Under the pieces are notes generated by a model. The model searched no databases. It was not told the DNA's origin and worked only from the letters and a program-made list of their open reading frames with translations. Position numbers and translations under genes: made by a program. Below are positions 17,486 through 27,347 of a stretch of DNA of 64,000 bases, in pieces (position 1 is the stretch's first letter; each line of letters opens with the position of its first letter). This DNA is from Flavobacteriales bacterium (GTDB lineage Bacteria; Bacteroidota; Bacteroidia; Flavobacteriales_F; PHOS-HE28), in NCBI GenBank assembly GCA_016710965.1, contig JADJTW010000014.1, positions 44,210-108,209 of the forward strand, read 5' to 3'.

Positions 17486-19594
17486 CTAGGGCATCTGCTC
17501 CAGACGGACCTCCGTGGGGACGCTTCCTCCGATGTTCTGCAGGATGCCATCACGGTCATTATCCTGGCCCACGTAGCGCACCACACCATCGAGGTTGCAA
17601 TCCTCCACCCAATAGCCCGTGACCGTGTTGGTGGGCACGCTGCCCCCGATGCGCGTGAGGATCGGATCGCGGTCGTTGCCGGAGCCCACGTAGAGCAATT
17701 GGCCATCGAGCAGTGCATTGCCCATCCATAGCGCGTTCACACCGCCGATGGCCCGCTGTGCTTCTGTGCCGTAGGTGCTTGTGGCCGGGATCGTGAAGTT
17801 CACCGTAGCAGGCGATCCGCCGAAAGCCACGCCGTTGCCGGTCATCGTGCCCAGATGGTTCCGGTGGCGCACGGCCAGGCGATACGTGCCGGGTCCGTAG
17901 TTGAAGAGCACATTGTCCGTGCCATCGGCCTTGATGATGCTGCCATCCTTGCACAACAGCGCGTTGCGCGTGGCCAGCAATGCATAGGGCGCGGTGTTCG
18001 CTCGCAATTCCAATCGCACCCAATCCACCACGGCACGGGCCCCGGTCACAGCCAGCACGTTCGCGTTCGTGTTCTCTCCTCCCCCGCCGCTCAGGTTCGT
18101 GAATCCCATGGCCGTGTAGGGTTCGGTGAGCGGCACCAGTCCTGCGGTACGAAGCGCATCGCGCATCTGGCCCGTGGCGGGCAGGTACGCTCCTTCGAGG
18201 AAGACCTTCGGCGCGACGCTCACCGCGGGTGAGTAGCTCGCGCAGTTGGCGATGATGTACTGCAAGCTGTTGTTCGCATTGATGCGACCACCGGTGACGA
18301 TGGTGCCGGGCAGGTTGCCCACCTGCTCCACGCCACTGAACAAGGCCTGGCGCACGGCCAGCGCTGCGCCGTCGGGATCGGTCCGCGCGAGGGTGGCCAG
18401 CCCGGTGCATGGCGCGCTGTATAGCAGTGCGATCACACCGGCCGTGAGCGGCGTAGCGAAGCTGGTGCCGCTGGTAGTGGTGTAGGTGTTGCCCGTGGTG
18501 GTGGTGCGCACGCTCGCTCCGGGCGCGCCTACGTCGATGGTGTTGACGCCGTATGCGCTGAAGGTGCGCTGATCGTTCGCATCGGTAGCGGTGACGCTGA
18601 TCATGAACGGACTGCTGCAAGCCGTGGGCATATCACCCACTGCATCAATGTTCACGTTGTTGTTGGCGGTGGCGCCGCAGCTAAGGATGCCGGCAGCGCC
18701 CAGCGTGTCGTAGAAATTGCACCAGAGCGGGTAGTTATTGGGGTTGGCGTTGTCGATGCCCCAACTGCTGGTGGTAGCCACAACGAATGCCCCTTGGGTG
18801 CCATTGGTATTGTTCCATCGACGCCGTTGGACCAAGGGATAGGTATAGCTGGCGATGACGTTCGCTTCGGTGAGGCTTCCGATGCGCACCGGCATGAGCT
18901 TCACGTTCCAGTTGGCCCCCACAACGCCCGCGCTGTTGTTGCCAACGGCGCCGGCCATGCCCGCGCATGACGTGCCATGGCTCCCGCTGAAGAGCGTATT
19001 GTCGTTGTTGGCCGCCGGGTTCCATCCGTACACATCGTCCACGTAGCCGTTGGCATCATCGTCGATGCCGTTGTTGTCGATCTCCGCAGCATTCACCCAA
19101 CTATTCGCATTCAGGTCAGGATGGACCCGGTCGAAGCCTTCGACAACGCACACTACGATGGCATCGCCATTGGCAGTGGTGCCGCCGGTGGTGATGTTCC
19201 ATGCCAGATCGGTATCGATGTCGTTGTCCTGCGGGTCCACATGATGCCACTGCTGGTTGAACTGTGTGTCGTTCGGCACGATGCGCTCATCAATGGTGTG
19301 GTCGTTCTGCGCGATCATGACGGCCGGATGGCGCCGCACGGCAGCGAGCATGGAGGCTTGCGGGACGTTGGTGTTGAAGGTGAGCAGCCAGATGCGCATC
19401 GGTGCGCTGGCTTCATGGTCGACCTTCAACGCAGTGGGAACACCGCCAAGCGTGGCCAGGTCGCTGACGATGGCATGCGCCGTGGCCTCGGGCTTGAGCA
19501 TGACCAGCAGATGACCAGCAATGATATTGGGCTCCTGGGCGGAAATTGTCGCGACAAAGAAGAACGCAACGAGCGTTGAGAGAAGGATGCGCAT
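17486..19594 (-). CDS. S8 (subtilisin-like) serine peptidase, secreted
   Basis: Start MRILLSTLVAFFFVATISAQ (ATG complement 19592-19594). His block SGSHGTSCAGMAGAVGNN and Ser block TSGTSFATPLTAGVIALL are present. The Asp block is atypical (VVCVVEGFDRVHPDL). The C-terminus has two GxDNDRDxIL..IGG repeats. Confidence 0.8.
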   Translation of the reverse strand: MRILLSTLVAFFFVATISAQEPNIIAGHLLVMLKPEATAHAIVSDLATLGGVPTALKVDHEASAPMRIWLLTFNTNVPQASMLAAVRRHPAVMIAQNDHTIDERIVPNDTQFNQQWHHVDPQDNDIDTDLAWNITTGGTTANGDAIVVCVVEGFDRVHPDLNANSWVNAAEIDNNGIDDDANGYVDDVYGWNPAANNDNTLFSGSHGTSCAGMAGAVGNNSAGVVGANWNVKLMPVRIGSLTEANVIASYTYPLVQRRRWNNTNGTQGAFVVATTSSWGIDNANPNNYPLWCNFYDTLGAAGILSCGATANNNVNIDAVGDMPTACSSPFMISVTATDANDQRTFSAYGVNTIDVGAPGASVRTTTTGNTYTTTSGTSFATPLTAGVIALLYSAPCTGLATLARTDPDGAALAVRQALFSGVEQVGNLPGTIVTGGRINANNSLQYIIANCASYSPAVSVAPKVFLEGAYLPATGQMRDALRTAGLVPLTEPYTAMGFTNLSGGGGENTNANVLAVTGARAVVDWVRLELRANTAPYALLATRNALLCKDGSIIKADGTDNVLFNYGPGTYRLAVRHRNHLGTMTGNGVAFGGSPATVNFTIPATSTYGTEAQRAIGGVNALWMGNALLDGQLLYVGSGNDRDPILTRIGGSVPTNTVTGYWVEDCNLDGVVRYVGQDNDRDGILQNIGGSVPTEVRLEQMP

Positions 19595-19650
19595 GAAATA
19601 TCGGTTGGAACGGCCGCAAGGTAGCGGGATCGCATGCTCGAGTCCCAGCG

Positions 19651-21063
19651 CTACCGGCCCTTCAACTGGCGATGCACAGCCAGCACGCCCCGCACATACA
19701 GGAAGACCTGGTTTCCCTTGCAGAAGCCGTTCTTGATGCCGGGCCTCATGAAGAAGCGCGGCTTGGCGAGCAGGAGCATCGCACGCTCCACGTTCCCATC
19801 CCAACGGGCGGGATCCAATCCCAGCTGCCCGGCCAGCCGTTGCGCATCGATCACATGTCCCGGCCCCGCATTGTAGGAGGCGAGCACGAAGCGTAGGCGC
19901 TGCTCCTTGTCAGGCACCTGTCGCAACCACAAGAGGTCCAACCGGCTCAGGTAGCGTGCTGCGGCGTTGATGTGGTCGCCCATGTGACTGCTGCTATCGA
20001 GTCCCATGCGTTCTGCCGTGCCGGGCATGAACTGCATGATGCCCGTAGCCCCCTGATGGCTGGTGACCGTACTGTCGAAGCGTGTCTCCTTCCACGCCAT
20101 GGCCGCCAGCAATTGCCAATCCCATCCGGTGGAGGCCGCGTGCTTGCGGAATTCGTCGTCGAATGGCGAGATGCTGTCACGTCGGATGCCCTTCATGCGT
20201 CTCGCACGCAGAGCACCCTGCTGGGGGATCTCAGCCGCGTATGCATGGATGATGTGCTTGCGCGCTTCCTCCTCATGATCATCGTTGAGCCATTCGTCCA
20301 GTGCTTTCCTGAGCAACGGAGAAGAGGCTCTCATGGCGAAGCGCAACTTCTGCGGCGGTCCCATGGCATCGGTGAACTCCAGGATCGGGAATCGCTCTGC
20401 CTCGTACCCCGCGCGCATGGCACTGATGATGGCAGCCGGATGCGTACCAGCCACCACCCCGATGAGCAGTTCCTCCTCGGTGCTCACCGATGGGACAGCG
20501 GCGGGTTTCTGAAGCACGCGATGGAATGCATAATCGGGATCCGCGAAAGGCGAAGCCCACGCACGCGGCACGCTGTCGACCGATGCCTCGATATGCGCGA
20601 TGCTATCCTGCATGCGCGGATCCCCACGCAGCGTGGCCACCACCGGAGCGGTCGCAGCGTAGGCATCGCTCACTGCGAAATGCCCCTTCCAATCGTCGCG
20701 GTCCACGGCCTGCAAGGCAGCCAGGTCGCCATCTCCGCGCCAGAGCGCCAGGAGCAGGCTGTCCGGATGGTCGAACGCGATGGCCTTCAGCTTCAACTTG
20801 TGCTTGCGCGCGAATCGCTGCAGCAGCTCGTATTCAAGCCCGGTAGCGGCCTTGGGCCGTTCCTCATAGACCAAGGCATCGCGCAGCACCAGCACCCTGA
20901 GCGTGTCCGTCACCACTTCGTCCAGGTCGCGCACCAGTGCCGGGCCGTCCCACGGGTGCCACCGTGGACCTTCTTCGGCTATGCCCATGCGCAGCGCCAC
21001 GCCCAACGCGATCAACGCCAGCACGCCAACAACTCCGGCTATCACCCTGGTCTTCTGCTTCAT
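19651..21063 (-). CDS. MltF-like membrane-bound lytic murein transglycosylase (periplasmic-binding domain + SLT domain)
   Basis: Start MKQKTRVIAGVVGVLALIALG. SLT catalytic region WKETRFDSTVTSHQGATGIMQFMPGTA. Its ATG overlaps the stop of the upstream acpH gene by 4 nt. Confidence 0.8.
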   Translation of the reverse strand: MKQKTRVIAGVVGVLALIALGVALRMGIAEEGPRWHPWDGPALVRDLDEVVTDTLRVLVLRDALVYEERPKAATGLEYELLQRFARKHKLKLKAIAFDHPDSLLLALWRGDGDLAALQAVDRDDWKGHFAVSDAYAATAPVVATLRGDPRMQDSIAHIEASVDSVPRAWASPFADPDYAFHRVLQKPAAVPSVSTEEELLIGVVAGTHPAAIISAMRAGYEAERFPILEFTDAMGPPQKLRFAMRASSPLLRKALDEWLNDDHEEEARKHIIHAYAAEIPQQGALRARRMKGIRRDSISPFDDEFRKHAASTGWDWQLLAAMAWKETRFDSTVTSHQGATGIMQFMPGTAERMGLDSSSHMGDHINAAARYLSRLDLLWLRQVPDKEQRLRFVLASYNAGPGHVIDAQRLAGQLGLDPARWDGNVERAMLLLAKPRFFMRPGIKNGFCKGNQVFLYVRGVLAVHRQLKGR

Positions 21064-21635
21064 CGGAATGGCGCCGTGTGTACGATCGCATCGGGCAGGA
21101 AGATGTCGAACTCTGCCCGGTACTCGTCGATCCATTCCGCCAGTACCGCCTCGGCACCAGCCATCACTTCGCCCTGCGGCACACGCTTGCTCAATCCGTG
21201 GAGCGACCGACCGATGCCCTCGATGCTGGCGTAGTTGGTAAGCCAGTCGCGCTCGCGCATGAAGCTGAACATGAAACGCGTATCCTGCGGCATGAGCGGC
21301 TCATGCGCTGCGAGCAGGGCGTACATCCGCTGCGCGAAATCGGACAGCGGCTCGTGGTGCCATTGCGACCATTGCGAGGCGAGCAGGTGGTCGTAGAAGA
21401 GGTCCATCACCACGCCCGCATACCGACCGGCATGATCACGAACGCGTGCGCGACCGGCCCTAACGCTCGGATGCACATCGGTGAAGCTGTCGATGGCGCG
21501 ATGAAGCCGAAGCCCCTGCTGCACGCTTTCCGGGAAGCGTGAGAGATCACGGCCCTTCACGGCATCGGCCATGAAATTGCCTGTGATCGACAGCGGGTCG
21601 GCACCGCTCAGGAAAAGATGGCCCAGGTAGTTCAC
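21060..21635 (-). CDS. acpH: Acyl carrier protein phosphodiesterase
   Basis: GTG start giving (M)NYLGHLFLSGADPLSITGNFMADAVKG...LHRAIDSFTDVHP, the characteristic AcpH N-terminus, about 191 aa. The 606-aa track ORF (21060..22880) is an implausible upstream extension that overlaps the kinase gene on the other strand. Confidence 0.75.
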   Translation of the reverse strand: MNYLGHLFLSGADPLSITGNFMADAVKGRDLSRFPESVQQGLRLHRAIDSFTDVHPSVRAGRARVRDHAGRYAGVVMDLFYDHLLASQWSQWHHEPLSDFAQRMYALLAAHEPLMPQDTRFMFSFMRERDWLTNYASIEGIGRSLHGLSKRVPQGEVMAGAEAVLAEWIDEYRAEFDIFLPDAIVHTAPFR

Positions 21636-21752
21636 CGGCGGCAAGGTACCTGCACCTCTCCGCTGAACAGGAAGCCCCGGCCGCTCATGTGATCCGCGTG
21701 ATGCCGAGAAAGCCCGCGGATAACTTGCGCCTCCCGTTCGGCAGGAACGATC

Positions 21753-22823
21753 ATGGACAAGGCTCGCCCCATACGCTACAGAGTGCCCACACGGCTGGTG
21801 TATTGGGCTACCCAATTCGCAGGCTGGGCGCTCTATCTCATCGTCTTCAGCCTGCTGGCATACTGGGAGCGTGGCGAAAGCGTGCGCATGGACGTGGTGC
21901 TCGCACAATACGCCATCGGCTTGGCGGTGAGCCACGGGCTGCGCGCCATCATCGTGCGCAATCACTGGTTGGAGAAGAGCATCGGATACACACTGCCGCG
22001 CCTCATCCTTGCCGGGCTCGTCATGGGTGTCGCGGCTTTCACCGCCGAGACTGTCGCGCACCATCTGCTCGTGGGCCTGGCCGCCATGGGAGCCTACTGG
22101 ATGCCGGGCGAGGTGCTCGCGCGGATCATCAACTGGACCCTGCTGCTCTCCATCTGGAGCTTCTGCTACTTCGCCTACAACTACTTCATCCGCCATCGCC
22201 GCGATGAGATCCGCAACCTGCGCCTGGAGACCGCCAACCGCGAGAACCAGCTGAGCACCCTGCGCGCCCAGATGAACCCGCACTTCATGTTCAACGCGCT
22301 CAACAGCATAAGGGCGCTCATCGATGAGGATCCCGGGCAGGCGAAGAAAGCCATCACCCAGTTGAGCGCCATCCTGCGGAATGCCATGGCCACCGTGAAG
22401 CGCAGGACCGTACCGCTCGGCGAGGAACTCGATATCGTGAAGGCCTACCTCGCACTGGAAGCCATCCGTTACGAGGAGCGACTGCGCGTGAGCATCGACG
22501 TGGAGGAAGGACTGGAGCGCGAGCCCGTGCCTCCGATGCTTTTGCAAACACTGGTGGAGAATGCCGTGCGCCATGGCGTTGCCAAATTGCCCCAAGGCGG
22601 GGAACTGCGCATCGGGGTGCATCGCGGCCTGAACGCCACCGTAATGAGCGTGAGCAACAGCGGCCACTACGAGCCGGGCAAAGTGAACGGCACAGGCATC
22701 GGATTGCGCAATACACGCAAGCGATTGGAGATGATCTACCACGGACAAGCCCATCTGCATATCGAGAACCGCGACGGCATGGTGGTGACGGAGGTGGGGA
22801 TCCCGAGATCCAGCAACGAATAG
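21753..22823 (+). CDS. LytS/YehU-type sensor histidine kinase
   Basis: 356 aa. N-terminal membrane helices, then the His_kinase motif LRAQMNPHFMFNALNSIRALI and HATPase_c motifs (LLQTLVENAVRHG, NSGHYEPGKVNGTGIGLRN). Confidence 0.9.
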   Translation: MDKARPIRYRVPTRLVYWATQFAGWALYLIVFSLLAYWERGESVRMDVVLAQYAIGLAVSHGLRAIIVRNHWLEKSIGYTLPRLILAGLVMGVAAFTAETVAHHLLVGLAAMGAYWMPGEVLARIINWTLLLSIWSFCYFAYNYFIRHRRDEIRNLRLETANRENQLSTLRAQMNPHFMFNALNSIRALIDEDPGQAKKAITQLSAILRNAMATVKRRTVPLGEELDIVKAYLALEAIRYEERLRVSIDVEEGLEREPVPPMLLQTLVENAVRHGVAKLPQGGELRIGVHRGLNATVMSVSNSGHYEPGKVNGTGIGLRNTRKRLEMIYHGQAHLHIENRDGMVVTEVGIPRSSNE

Positions 22824-22843
22824 GACTAACTGAAAGGACAGCC

Positions 22844-23572
22844 ATGAAAGCACTATTGATCGACGACGAGCGCCTGGCACGCAAGGAACTGGCCACGCTG
22901 CTGGAGAAGCATGACGGGATCGAGATCGTGGGCGAAGCCAGCAACGCCGACGAGGCGGAGGCCTTGATCGCCGAGAAGAAGCCCGATCTCTTGTTCCTCG
23001 ACATCAACATGCCGGGTCGCACGGGCTTCGAATTGCTCGAATCCCTCGATCACGCACCACTCGTGATCTTCGTAACGGCATACGATGAGCACGCGCTCGA
23101 AGCCTTCAAGGTGAATGCGCTCGACTATGTGCTCAAGCCCATCGACCCGCAGCGGTTGGAGGCGGCCATCAACAAGCTGCCCAGGATCCATGAAGAGGGC
23201 GCGCCGCAACGCGAAGTGCTCAAGGAGAGCGACCAGATCTTCCTGAAGGATGGCGAGAAATGCTGGTTCGTGACACTGAAGGATGTGCGCTACTTCGAGA
23301 GCGAAGGCAACTATGTGCGCGTGCGCTTCGGCGATCAGAAGCCGCTGGTGCTGCGATCGCTGAACAAATTGGAAGAGAAGCTGGACCCACTGGTCTACTT
23401 CCGCGCCAATCGCAAGCATATCATCAACCTGCGGTGGGTGGACAAGATCGAGCCCTGGTTCAGCGGCGGCCTCATGGTGAAGCTGAAGCACACAGGCAAG
23501 GACGGCGAGCCTGAGACCATCGAGGTGAGCCGCCGGCAGGCCGCACGCTTCAAGGACCTATTGAGCCTCTGA
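22844..23572 (+). CDS. LytTR-family response regulator
   Basis: 242 aa. The receiver domain (MKALLIDDERLARKEL...PDLLFLDINMPGRTGFELL) is followed by a LytTR DNA-binding domain (FLKDGEKCWFVTLKDVRYFESEGNYVRVRF...FRANRKHIINLRWV). Confidence 0.9.
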   Translation: MKALLIDDERLARKELATLLEKHDGIEIVGEASNADEAEALIAEKKPDLLFLDINMPGRTGFELLESLDHAPLVIFVTAYDEHALEAFKVNALDYVLKPIDPQRLEAAINKLPRIHEEGAPQREVLKESDQIFLKDGEKCWFVTLKDVRYFESEGNYVRVRFGDQKPLVLRSLNKLEEKLDPLVYFRANRKHIINLRWVDKIEPWFSGGLMVKLKHTGKDGEPETIEVSRRQAARFKDLLSL

Positions 23573-23588
23573 CGACGATCTTTGGTGC

Positions 23589-24359
23589 ATGCAAGACGGC
23601 TACGTCAACTCGGAGAGCGAAGGCGGCATCGCCACCGTCACCTTCCACCACCCCAAGAGCAACAGCCTGCCCGGCCACATCCTGCGCGGCATGGCTGATG
23701 CCATCACGGCTGCGGGCATGGATGCCACCACGCGGGTCATCATCCTGCGCAGCGATGGCGACAAGGCCTTTTGCGCCGGCGCGAGCTTCGATGAACTGGT
23801 GGCGATCGACAACGCCGCGAACGGGCTTGCCTTCTTCAGCGGCTTCGCGCATGTGATCAACGCCATCCGCAAAGCGCCGGTGCTGGTCATCGGCCGCATC
23901 CACAGTCATGCCGTGGGCGGCGGCGTAGGCCTGGCTTGCGCTGTGGACATCGCCTACGCGCACAGCAACGCCAGCGCGCGCCTGAGCGAACTGGCAGTGG
24001 GCATCGGGCCTTTCGTGGTCGGTCCGGCGGTGGAACGCAAAGTGGGCATCGGGCATTTCGGTCTGCTCAGCGCAACACCGGCCACGCGACGCAGCGCACA
24101 ATGGTGCGAGCAGGCTGGCATGTATGCCGAAGTGTTCGACACCATCGAGTCGCTCGATGCGCGCATCGAGGCGCAGGCGAAGGAGCTGGCTTGTTACAGT
24201 CCGGAAGCCATGGCCGAGATCAAGCGGGTGATGTGGCGCGGCACGGAGGACTGGGACACGTTGCTCCTTGAACGCGCCAAGATCAGCGGGCGGCTGGTGC
24301 TCTCCGAATTCACTCGCAACGCCATCGCCAAGTTCAAGGCCGAGGCGGCGAAACGTTAG
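23589..24359 (+). CDS. Enoyl-CoA hydratase/isomerase (crotonase) family protein
   Basis: 256 aa. IATVTFHHPKSNSLP...VIILRSDGDKAFCAGASFDEL...GRIHSHAVGGGVGLACAVDIAYA is a typical crotonase fold signature. Confidence 0.85.
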   Translation: MQDGYVNSESEGGIATVTFHHPKSNSLPGHILRGMADAITAAGMDATTRVIILRSDGDKAFCAGASFDELVAIDNAANGLAFFSGFAHVINAIRKAPVLVIGRIHSHAVGGGVGLACAVDIAYAHSNASARLSELAVGIGPFVVGPAVERKVGIGHFGLLSATPATRRSAQWCEQAGMYAEVFDTIESLDARIEAQAKELACYSPEAMAEIKRVMWRGTEDWDTLLLERAKISGRLVLSEFTRNAIAKFKAEAAKR

Positions 24360-24829
24360 CGCAAGCGGTCGGCACTGCGCACCAATTCCTCATCCTTCCG
24401 GATGGCGCGCTCCGCAAGGATCGCGAGAAGCAGTGAGCCCATGGGCAGGAAGAAGGACGCGCCATAGCTCGCCTGGGCTTTCACGCCTTCGGCGTAATAC
24501 GCATCGATGGAATTGCACGAGATGAACTGCATGACGCCGATGAGCAGGGCCATGAGCCAGATGCCTCGTACCACGCGCGCCTGCCTCGGCCGGTTGCGAT
24601 GCAGGAACATCGAAACGATGAAGGCCACGGCCAACAGCGTATGCACCAAATGGTACGGAAGCGGCAGGCCGATATCGACCACTTCCACGCCTTCGCCTGT
24701 GAAGAGGCCGAAGGTCATGAACCGCACCTCTGAATCGCCCAAGGCCCATGACCGAACCGGGAAGAACCATGTTAGTCCGGCGCAGGCGCCGGCGCCGAGC
24801 AGGAACAGGGTTTGAACGCGTTGGAGCAT
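24356..24829 (-). CDS. DUF4293-like small membrane protein
   Basis: 157 aa. MLQRVQTLFLLGAGACAG plus four further hydrophobic helices. From memory this family sits next to rho in many Bacteroidota. It is convergent with the crotonase gene, with a 4-nt overlap. Confidence 0.6.
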   Translation of the reverse strand: MLQRVQTLFLLGAGACAGLTWFFPVRSWALGDSEVRFMTFGLFTGEGVEVVDIGLPLPYHLVHTLLAVAFIVSMFLHRNRPRQARVVRGIWLMALLIGVMQFISCNSIDAYYAEGVKAQASYGASFFLPMGSLLLAILAERAIRKDEELVRSADRLR

Positions 24830-24865
24830 GAGGGCGATAGGTGCGCAAAGATGGAACGGGACGTG

Positions 24866-24896
24866 GTTGCGGATCAGGGAAATCCCCTTAGGTTTG
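24866..24896 (+). promoter_or_regulatory. Candidate Bacteroidota-type promoter for rho (-33 GTTG / -7 TAGGTTTG)
   Basis: TAGGTTTG at 24889-24896 fits the TAnnTTTG -7 consensus. GTTG at 24866-24869 lies 19 nt upstream. This would give a ~125-nt leader before the rho ATG at 25026. Confidence 0.3.
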
Positions 24897-25025
24897 CCCC
24901 GTACTCACGCGGGCGCCGTTCGGCACCTGCTCCATAGCCTGAAGAATTTACCGGATCGAACGAAGCCCACCGGGGCTTTCCGCAAGGCGTAGGCTTACGC
25001 TCTTCCCACACCAGCCCACCTGGAC

Positions 25026-26861
25026 ATGCACGACCACGAAGCGCTCAGCGCCATGAAGATCTCCGAACTGAAGGAGATCGCGAAGAAGCTCGGCTTGAAG
25101 AAATCAGAGACCCTGAAGAAGCAGGACCTCGTGGCCAAGATCCTGGAAGCCCAGGCGGGCAAGCCGGCCGCCGAGAAGCCCATCGGCCCATCGTTCGTGG
25201 GCGACGACAAGGAGCTGACGGCGCTGGCCACAGCAGATGAACTTGCTGTGGAAGAGGACCCCGAACAAGAGGAGGCTGCGGAAGTGAGCGGGGAAAACGG
25301 GGATGATGACGAGGACGGGGACGATGACGAGAACGGCGAGGAAGAGAATGGCGAGGACGACGAGGAGATCTCGCCTGTGGAGCAGCAACGCGCTGTGCAA
25401 CAAACCACTCCTCCGGTTGAGCGCAGGGACGAGCGTCCTCGTTCTGACGACCGCCGTGAGAGCGTACCAGTCGACCGCCCGACGGGCGAACGCCGTGAAG
25501 TCGATCAACGTCAGCGCAACGATCGCCAGGGGGGTGACCAGCGGCAGGACCGCGGTGATCGCAGCTTCCGGGACGACCGGAGGGACCAGCGGGGCGATCG
25601 TCCGCAAGGACAGGGCAACGAAGGCCGACAGGACCAGCGCGGCGACCCGCAGCGCGACCAACAACGCGGGGATCAGCAACGCAACGACCCACAACGGCAG
25701 GACCGCGGATTCCAGGACCGCCAGCCGCCGCGCGAGCAGTTCAACTTCGACGCTTTCGTGGAATGCGAGGGCGTGCTGGAAGTGATGCCCGAGGGCTACG
25801 GCTTCCTGCGTAGCAGCGATTACAACTACCTGGCTTCACCGGACGATGTGTACGTGAGCCAGCAGCAGATCAAGCAGTATGGCCTCAAGCTCGGCGACAC
25901 GGTGATGGGCTATGTGCGCCCACCGCGCGAAGGGGACAAGTTCTTCCCGCTCTTCAAGATCGACCGGATCAATGGGCGCGATCCAGAATGGGTGCGCGAT
26001 CGCGTGCCGTTCAAGTTCCTGACGCCGCTCTTCCCCGACGAGAAATTCACGCTCGCGGGCAAGGACACCAACATCAGCATGCGCGTATTGGACCTCTTCG
26101 CCCCCATCGGCAAAGGGCAACGCGGCCTCATCGTAGCTCAACCCAAGACCGGTAAGACGGTATTGCTGAAGGACGTGGCGAATGCCATCGCGGCCAACCA
26201 CCCGGAAGCCTACCTCATCGTCCTGTTGATCGATGAACGTCCGGAGGAAGTGACCGACATGGCCCGCAGCGTGAAGGCCGAGGTGATCGCCAGCACCTTC
26301 GATGAACCCGCCTCGCGCCATGTGGCCGTGGCCGGTATCGTGTTGGAGAAAGCGAAAGCCCTCACTGAGTGCGGCCACGATGTGGTGATCCTGCTCGACT
26401 CGATAACCCGCCTGGCTCGCGCCTACAACACCGTGCAGCCCGCGAGCGGAAAGATCCTCAGCGGTGGTGTCGATGCCAATGCGTTGCAAAAACCCAAACG
26501 CTTCTTCGGCGCAGCACGCAAGATCGAGAACGGCGGATCGCTCACCATCATCGCCACGGCGCTGGTGGATACCGGCAGCAAGATGGACGAAGTGATCTTC
26601 GAGGAGTTCAAGGGCACGGGCAACATGGAACTGGTGCTCGACCGGAAGATCAGCAACCGACGCATCTTCCCCGCCATCGACATCATGAGCAGCGGCACGC
26701 GGCGCGACGACATGCTGCACGGCAAGGAAGTGCTGCAGCGCACCTGGATCCTGCGCAAGCACCTGGCCGATATGAACCCTGTGGAGGCGATGGAGTTCGT
26801 GAAGAAGCACATGGAAGGAACGAAGAGCAACGAGGAGTTCCTCGTCTCGATGAACGGCTGA
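25026..26861 (+). CDS. rho: Transcription termination factor Rho with a ~180-aa charged insertion in the N-terminal region
   Basis: 611 aa. Rho_N-like [17 protein letters not shown], an acidic tract then an RD/RQ-rich tract, an RNA-binding CSD-like segment ([15 protein letters not shown]...[20 protein letters not shown]), Walker A ([15 protein letters not shown]) and a conserved C-terminal ATPase domain. Confidence 0.95.
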   Translation: MHDHEALSAMKISELKEIAKKLGLKKSETLKKQDLVAKILEAQAGKPAAEKPIGPSFVGDDKELTALATADELAVEEDPEQEEAAEVSGENGDDDEDGDDDENGEEENGEDDEEISPVEQQRAVQQTTPPVERRDERPRSDDRRESVPVDRPTGERREVDQRQRNDRQGGDQRQDRGDRSFRDDRRDQRGDRPQGQGNEGRQDQRGDPQRDQQRGDQQRNDPQRQDRGFQDRQPPREQFNFDAFVECEGVLEVMPEGYGFLRSSDYNYLASPDDVYVSQQQIKQYGLKLGDTVMGYVRPPREGDKFFPLFKIDRINGRDPEWVRDRVPFKFLTPLFPDEKFTLAGKDTNISMRVLDLFAPIGKGQRGLIVAQPKTGKTVLLKDVANAIAANHPEAYLIVLLIDERPEEVTDMARSVKAEVIASTFDEPASRHVAVAGIVLEKAKALTECGHDVVILLDSITRLARAYNTVQPASGKILSGGVDANALQKPKRFFGAARKIENGGSLTIIATALVDTGSKMDEVIFEEFKGTGNMELVLDRKISNRRIFPAIDIMSSGTRRDDMLHGKEVLQRTWILRKHLADMNPVEAMEFVKKHMEGTKSNEEFLVSMNG

Positions 26862-26864
26862 ACA

Positions 26865-27347
26865 TTGCCGATGGCACTGGCGGCCCTCACAGCGCTCGCG
26901 GTCATCGCGCTCCGGTTGATCCTGTTCTACACCGGCCATCCACCGGAAGGGACGGATTTCATGCTCGTGCATTTCCTTGCCGTGGTCACCGTGGTGTTCT
27001 TCACCGATCACCGCTTGCTGGTGCGCGATGCGGGCACGCCCTTCCCCAGTCTTGTGCGCGAAGGATTCAAGAGCGCGGCCCTGTACGCACTGCTTTGCAC
27101 GGCGTTCATCTGGGCGTACTATGGCGCCATCGAGGACGGCTATTTCGCGGAGCGTGTGAACGACATGGTGGCCCGTGGTGTCGCCGAAGGCCAGCCGGAG
27201 AACGTCATCCGCCCGCGATTGCAGCAGTTCTTCACGCCTTTCAACTACGCCACCATCACGTTCTTCGCATTGCTGGCAACTGGCGGTTTCAACGCGTTGC
27301 TGATCGCGATCCTGCACCACAAGCTATTGCGTCGCCTCAGGCGATGA
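26865..27347 (+). CDS. Hypothetical membrane protein (possibly DUF4199-like)
   Basis: 160-aa ORF starting 3 nt after the rho stop, with four predicted helices. The family label is from memory only. Confidence 0.5.
   Translation: MPMALAALTALAVIALRLILFYTGHPPEGTDFMLVHFLAVVTVVFFTDHRLLVRDAGTPFPSLVREGFKSAALYALLCTAFIWAYYGAIEDGYFAERVNDMVARGVAEGQPENVIRPRLQQFFTPFNYATITFFALLATGGFNALLIAILHHKLLRRLRR

Noticed and set aside
21636-22880. N-terminal 415 aa of the 606-aa minus-strand ORF 21060..22880.
   Set aside because: Only the last ~191 aa match AcpH, starting at the typical (M)NYLGHLFLSG. The extension overlaps the well-supported histidine kinase gene on the other strand and is compositionally shadow-like.
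25200-25760. Low-complexity acidic and RD-rich stretch in rho, considered as a misassembly or frameshifted segment.
   Set aside because: The frame is continuous from the Rho_N-like start into the canonical RNA-binding and ATPase domains. Insertions at this position are known for Bacteroidota Rho.
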